Shown here in pieces: positions 61,164 to 64,000 of a stretch of 64,000 nucleotides of DNA (position 1 is its first letter; each line of letters opens with the position of its first letter). Location of the stretch: assembly GCA_030390025.1 (NCBI GenBank), contig CM059431.1:105216001-105280000 (forward strand), read 5' to 3'. This DNA comes from Squalus acanthias (Eukaryota). The position numbers were made by a program, and so were the translations under genes. Below the pieces are notes generated by a model that was not told the DNA's origin, searched no databases, and saw only the letters and a list, made by a program, of their open reading frames with translations.

Positions 61164-61443
61164 TACATAGAATGTACAGCACAGGCAATTATGCTCCACA
61201 CGAGCCACCTCCCACCCTACTTCATCTCACCCTATCACCTTCTGTTCCTTTCTCCCTCGTGTGTTTATCTAACTGCCCCCTTAAATGCATCGATGCTATT
61301 CGCCTCAGCTATGCCTTGTAGCGAGTTTCACATTCTAACCACTCTCTGGGTGAAGAAGCTTCTCCTGAATTCCCCATTGGATTGATTAGTGACTATCTTA
61401 TATTGATGGCCCCTAGTTTTGGTCTCCCCCTGCAAGTGGAAAC
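61164..61443 (-). mobile_element. CR1 3' fragment
   Basis: TRGHQYKIVTNQSNGEFRRSFFTQRVVRM. Confidence 0.85.
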
Positions 61444-61679
61444 AATTGTGCAGTTTTGCTTCACGTTGTGCAATGTGCAGCGTACAACTCTGGTGAAGTT
61501 GCGGCAGTGGAGTGGGAGCAGCTCTGAGGAAATTCCAGGCCAAAATAAATAACTGAGAATAAGTGGTCTTGGGGAGGAACTAACAAAGTTACTTGCACCT
61601 TACTGAAGATTTGTAGGTCAAAAATATTACCAATATTTTGGGGGTCATTTTCTAATAGGCTCTGCCAGCAGGTGAGGTG

Positions 61680-61826
61680 ACCAAGGCTGGAAACTGAATA
61701 TTCAGGGTTATTTGACATTTCGGAAGGATAGACAGAAAGGAAGAGGAGGTGGGGGTAGCTCTGTTAATAAAGGATGAGATCGGTACAATGGTGAGAAATG
61801 ATCTTGGCTCAGAAGTTCCAGATGTA
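61680..61826 (+). mobile_element. CR1 endonuclease fragment cut by the Harbinger insertion
   Basis: GWKLNIQGYLTFRKDRQKGRGG..VALLIKDEI. Confidence 0.85.
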
Positions 61827-62787
61827 GGGGGCGATTTTCCCAGCCCCAAGGAGGCGGGTTTGGAGACGGGACAGTTGGCAAAATCGCAAAAAGTGAGGGC
61901 GGGTTCGGAACCCTACTCCAACCCACCTCCGCGCGATTTTACCGGAGGCGGGTTTCATGGGTGCGATTCGGTCCTGCCTCCATCAGTCGGGTGAGGTAGT
62001 TAAGACCTTTAAATAGTTGTTAAGGGTCTCTATAATCCTATTTTGACAGGCCTTTGCTATTTTGCCAAATTTTGTGCATGTTGTACGACCCTCCTAAACC
62101 ACGCCAGCTAATCCTGGCGGGTGGCCTCCTCACAGCTGCAGCTCTACCATTAAAACGGAGCTTTCATCAGGGAGCAGTTGCAGGTGGCAGAACTTTTGTT
62201 CCACAGGTCTTTCAGCACTTTTAGCAGGCCTGCAGAAGTTGGAGGTCCTGCAGCTTCTATCTCTCAACTTTGGGTCCTCCTTGGAAAACCCTCTCCCCGC
62301 TTGGACTGAGCGCTTCCCCAACGGAGGTATCTGCCAGCAGCATGGGAACCATTTATTTCCTTTCATCATTGACCTCAGATTCGGATGAGGAGCAGCCACG
62401 GCAGCAGCAGAACCAGGCAGCTCAGCAGCAACAGCAGCAGGAGCGCCAACCTCCTGCTCACCCACCTGATGCTGCACAGGGCAGAAGGCACCAGCGCATG
62501 GAAGCATGTCGCCGCAGGAGATACCCCCCTCTCAGGGTTTACAGAGGATGAGCTACCTCAACATGAGTGAGCAGCAGTGCCAGAGGAGGCTGAGACTTCC
62601 GCGACAGGTTATCGGAGACATCTGCACACTGCTGCACCAACATCTGGAGCCCAGAGGAGTGGGTGGATCCCCTTACCAGTGGCTGTCAAAGTCACCACCG
62701 CACTCAACTTTTTTGCCTCAGGCTCCTTCCAGGGATCATCAGCAGACATCAGCGGCATCTCCCAGTCGGCCGCCCACAGTTGCATCA
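61827..62787 (+). mobile_element. PIF/Harbinger transposon left end with frameshifted HARBI1-like transposase N-terminus
   Basis: End gggggcgatttt; [32 protein letters not shown] and [39 protein letters not shown] (HTH region). Confidence 0.88.
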
Positions 62788-64000
62788 TGTAAGGGATTTT
62801 GTCGTGCTTGTATCACAGACGGTGCTGGTGCGAGGTTAGGCCTTCGTTGCCTAATACTATTGCTTGCTCTGGTCTCCGGCCAGCCTTGTTGCAATAAGCA
62901 CCTGTGAGTGGTTCGACCCAGTCGCCCTTACGGTTCTAACACTGGACTTAGGTGCGAGAGCAGTAATGCAGAGAAAAACTCAAATAGACTCGGTTGAATA
63001 GTACGAAATGGAAATCTTTATTGCATAGCGTCCAAAATCATGAAGTACATGTCATAGGCGCAAATTAACGAGAGTACAAGTATACATACATTCATAAAGC
63101 TTGGTCTATGGTAATGAAGAATGCACGGCACATCGTAAAAAGGGGAACACATTATACTTTATCCTTAATAAAACCACCCTCCCCGATCAATACCTACACT
63201 ACATCTAGATTTGTAGGATCGGGAAACATGCTCACCACTCGTGATACTTCGGAGAATTTTAAAGTGAGGCACTCGGCTCGTTCGCTGCAGCGCCTGACTG
63301 TCACGTGTTTGGAGGGGTCTCTGTACCCCACTTGTTTATCTTTGCTGCTGCGACAAGCAGGCCCGACTCCCCGTTGTCATGAAGAACTCGACAGAACTCG
63401 GGCACGGTTGTAGAACTCAAAGAAAAGTCTTCCTTTACCGACACCAGTTGTCGGTAGAATTCAATGAAGAGTCTTCCTGTTGTGATGAAGAAAACGATGG
63501 ACCCAAACCGGTTCATGCAATAACCCATAGAATTCAAGAAATGAGTTCGATATTTTCGGGCGCGGTCGGGGTTTACTGACCGTGGCGGCACGTGGATTCT
63601 TCTTTTCTTGTCATTTCGTCTTGTCTTTTGGGCCTTTGGGTCCAGACACCATTTACCGACTCTCGGGATGGTGCACCCGGTCACTTGCCCTTGTCGAGGC
63701 GGCTCGTTCCGATTGAGCTCCACCCAACATTCGAAGTCGAATCAAAAGTACAGCAGTCAGCAGCGAGATAAGAGAATAAGAGACGATTCGAGCGAATAAG
63801 AGCCGAAAATCAAGAGACCGATGGTTATAGTGCTGTGTTCCCTTATCTCCCACCCAAATCTTAATGTTTTTCCTTTGTATAATATTGGCACTCAAACCTC
63901 CCAGCATGGGGCGATTCTTTCCTTAACGGGTTTCAGTAGCACCTGAAACTGGCCAACTACCCGTTAATGTTTTCCCAATTGTTGATCCAGCCAGGATTGT
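62788..64000 (-). mobile_element. LTR related to 38423-40152, inserted into the Harbinger transposase; runs off window end
   Basis: Reverse complement of 62900-63025 closely matches 39920-40050; terminus ..cccttaca. Confidence 0.88.

Noticed and set aside
62506..62792. Domesticated HARBI1 host gene
   Set aside because: Frameshifted, preceded by a TIR-like end and interrupted by an LTR.

Overview
Vertebrate genomic DNA, most likely a cartilaginous fish (shark or ray). This is inferred from an HE1-type V-SINE, Deu-domain SINEs and abundant CR1 LINEs. Most of the window is nested transposable-element sequence: CR1 LINEs (one full-length copy with an esterase ORF1 and a single-stop ORF2 at 48407-52755), a second CR1-superclade LINE family apparently carrying a tRNA-derived 5' head, L2 and RTE 3' fragments, and two Penelope-like families whose termini carry minimal hammerhead-ribozyme motifs. 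It also holds four solo LTRs plus a fifth LTR running off the right edge, a Harbinger transposase remnant with a large set of related MITEs, one hAT MITE and a 1.9-kb structured CT satellite. No host protein-coding gene can be called confidently; a few CpG-retaining unique segments are listed as weak exon or promoter candidates. All family names come from recognising motifs by eye, not from database searches, and element boundaries without a TSD are approximate.
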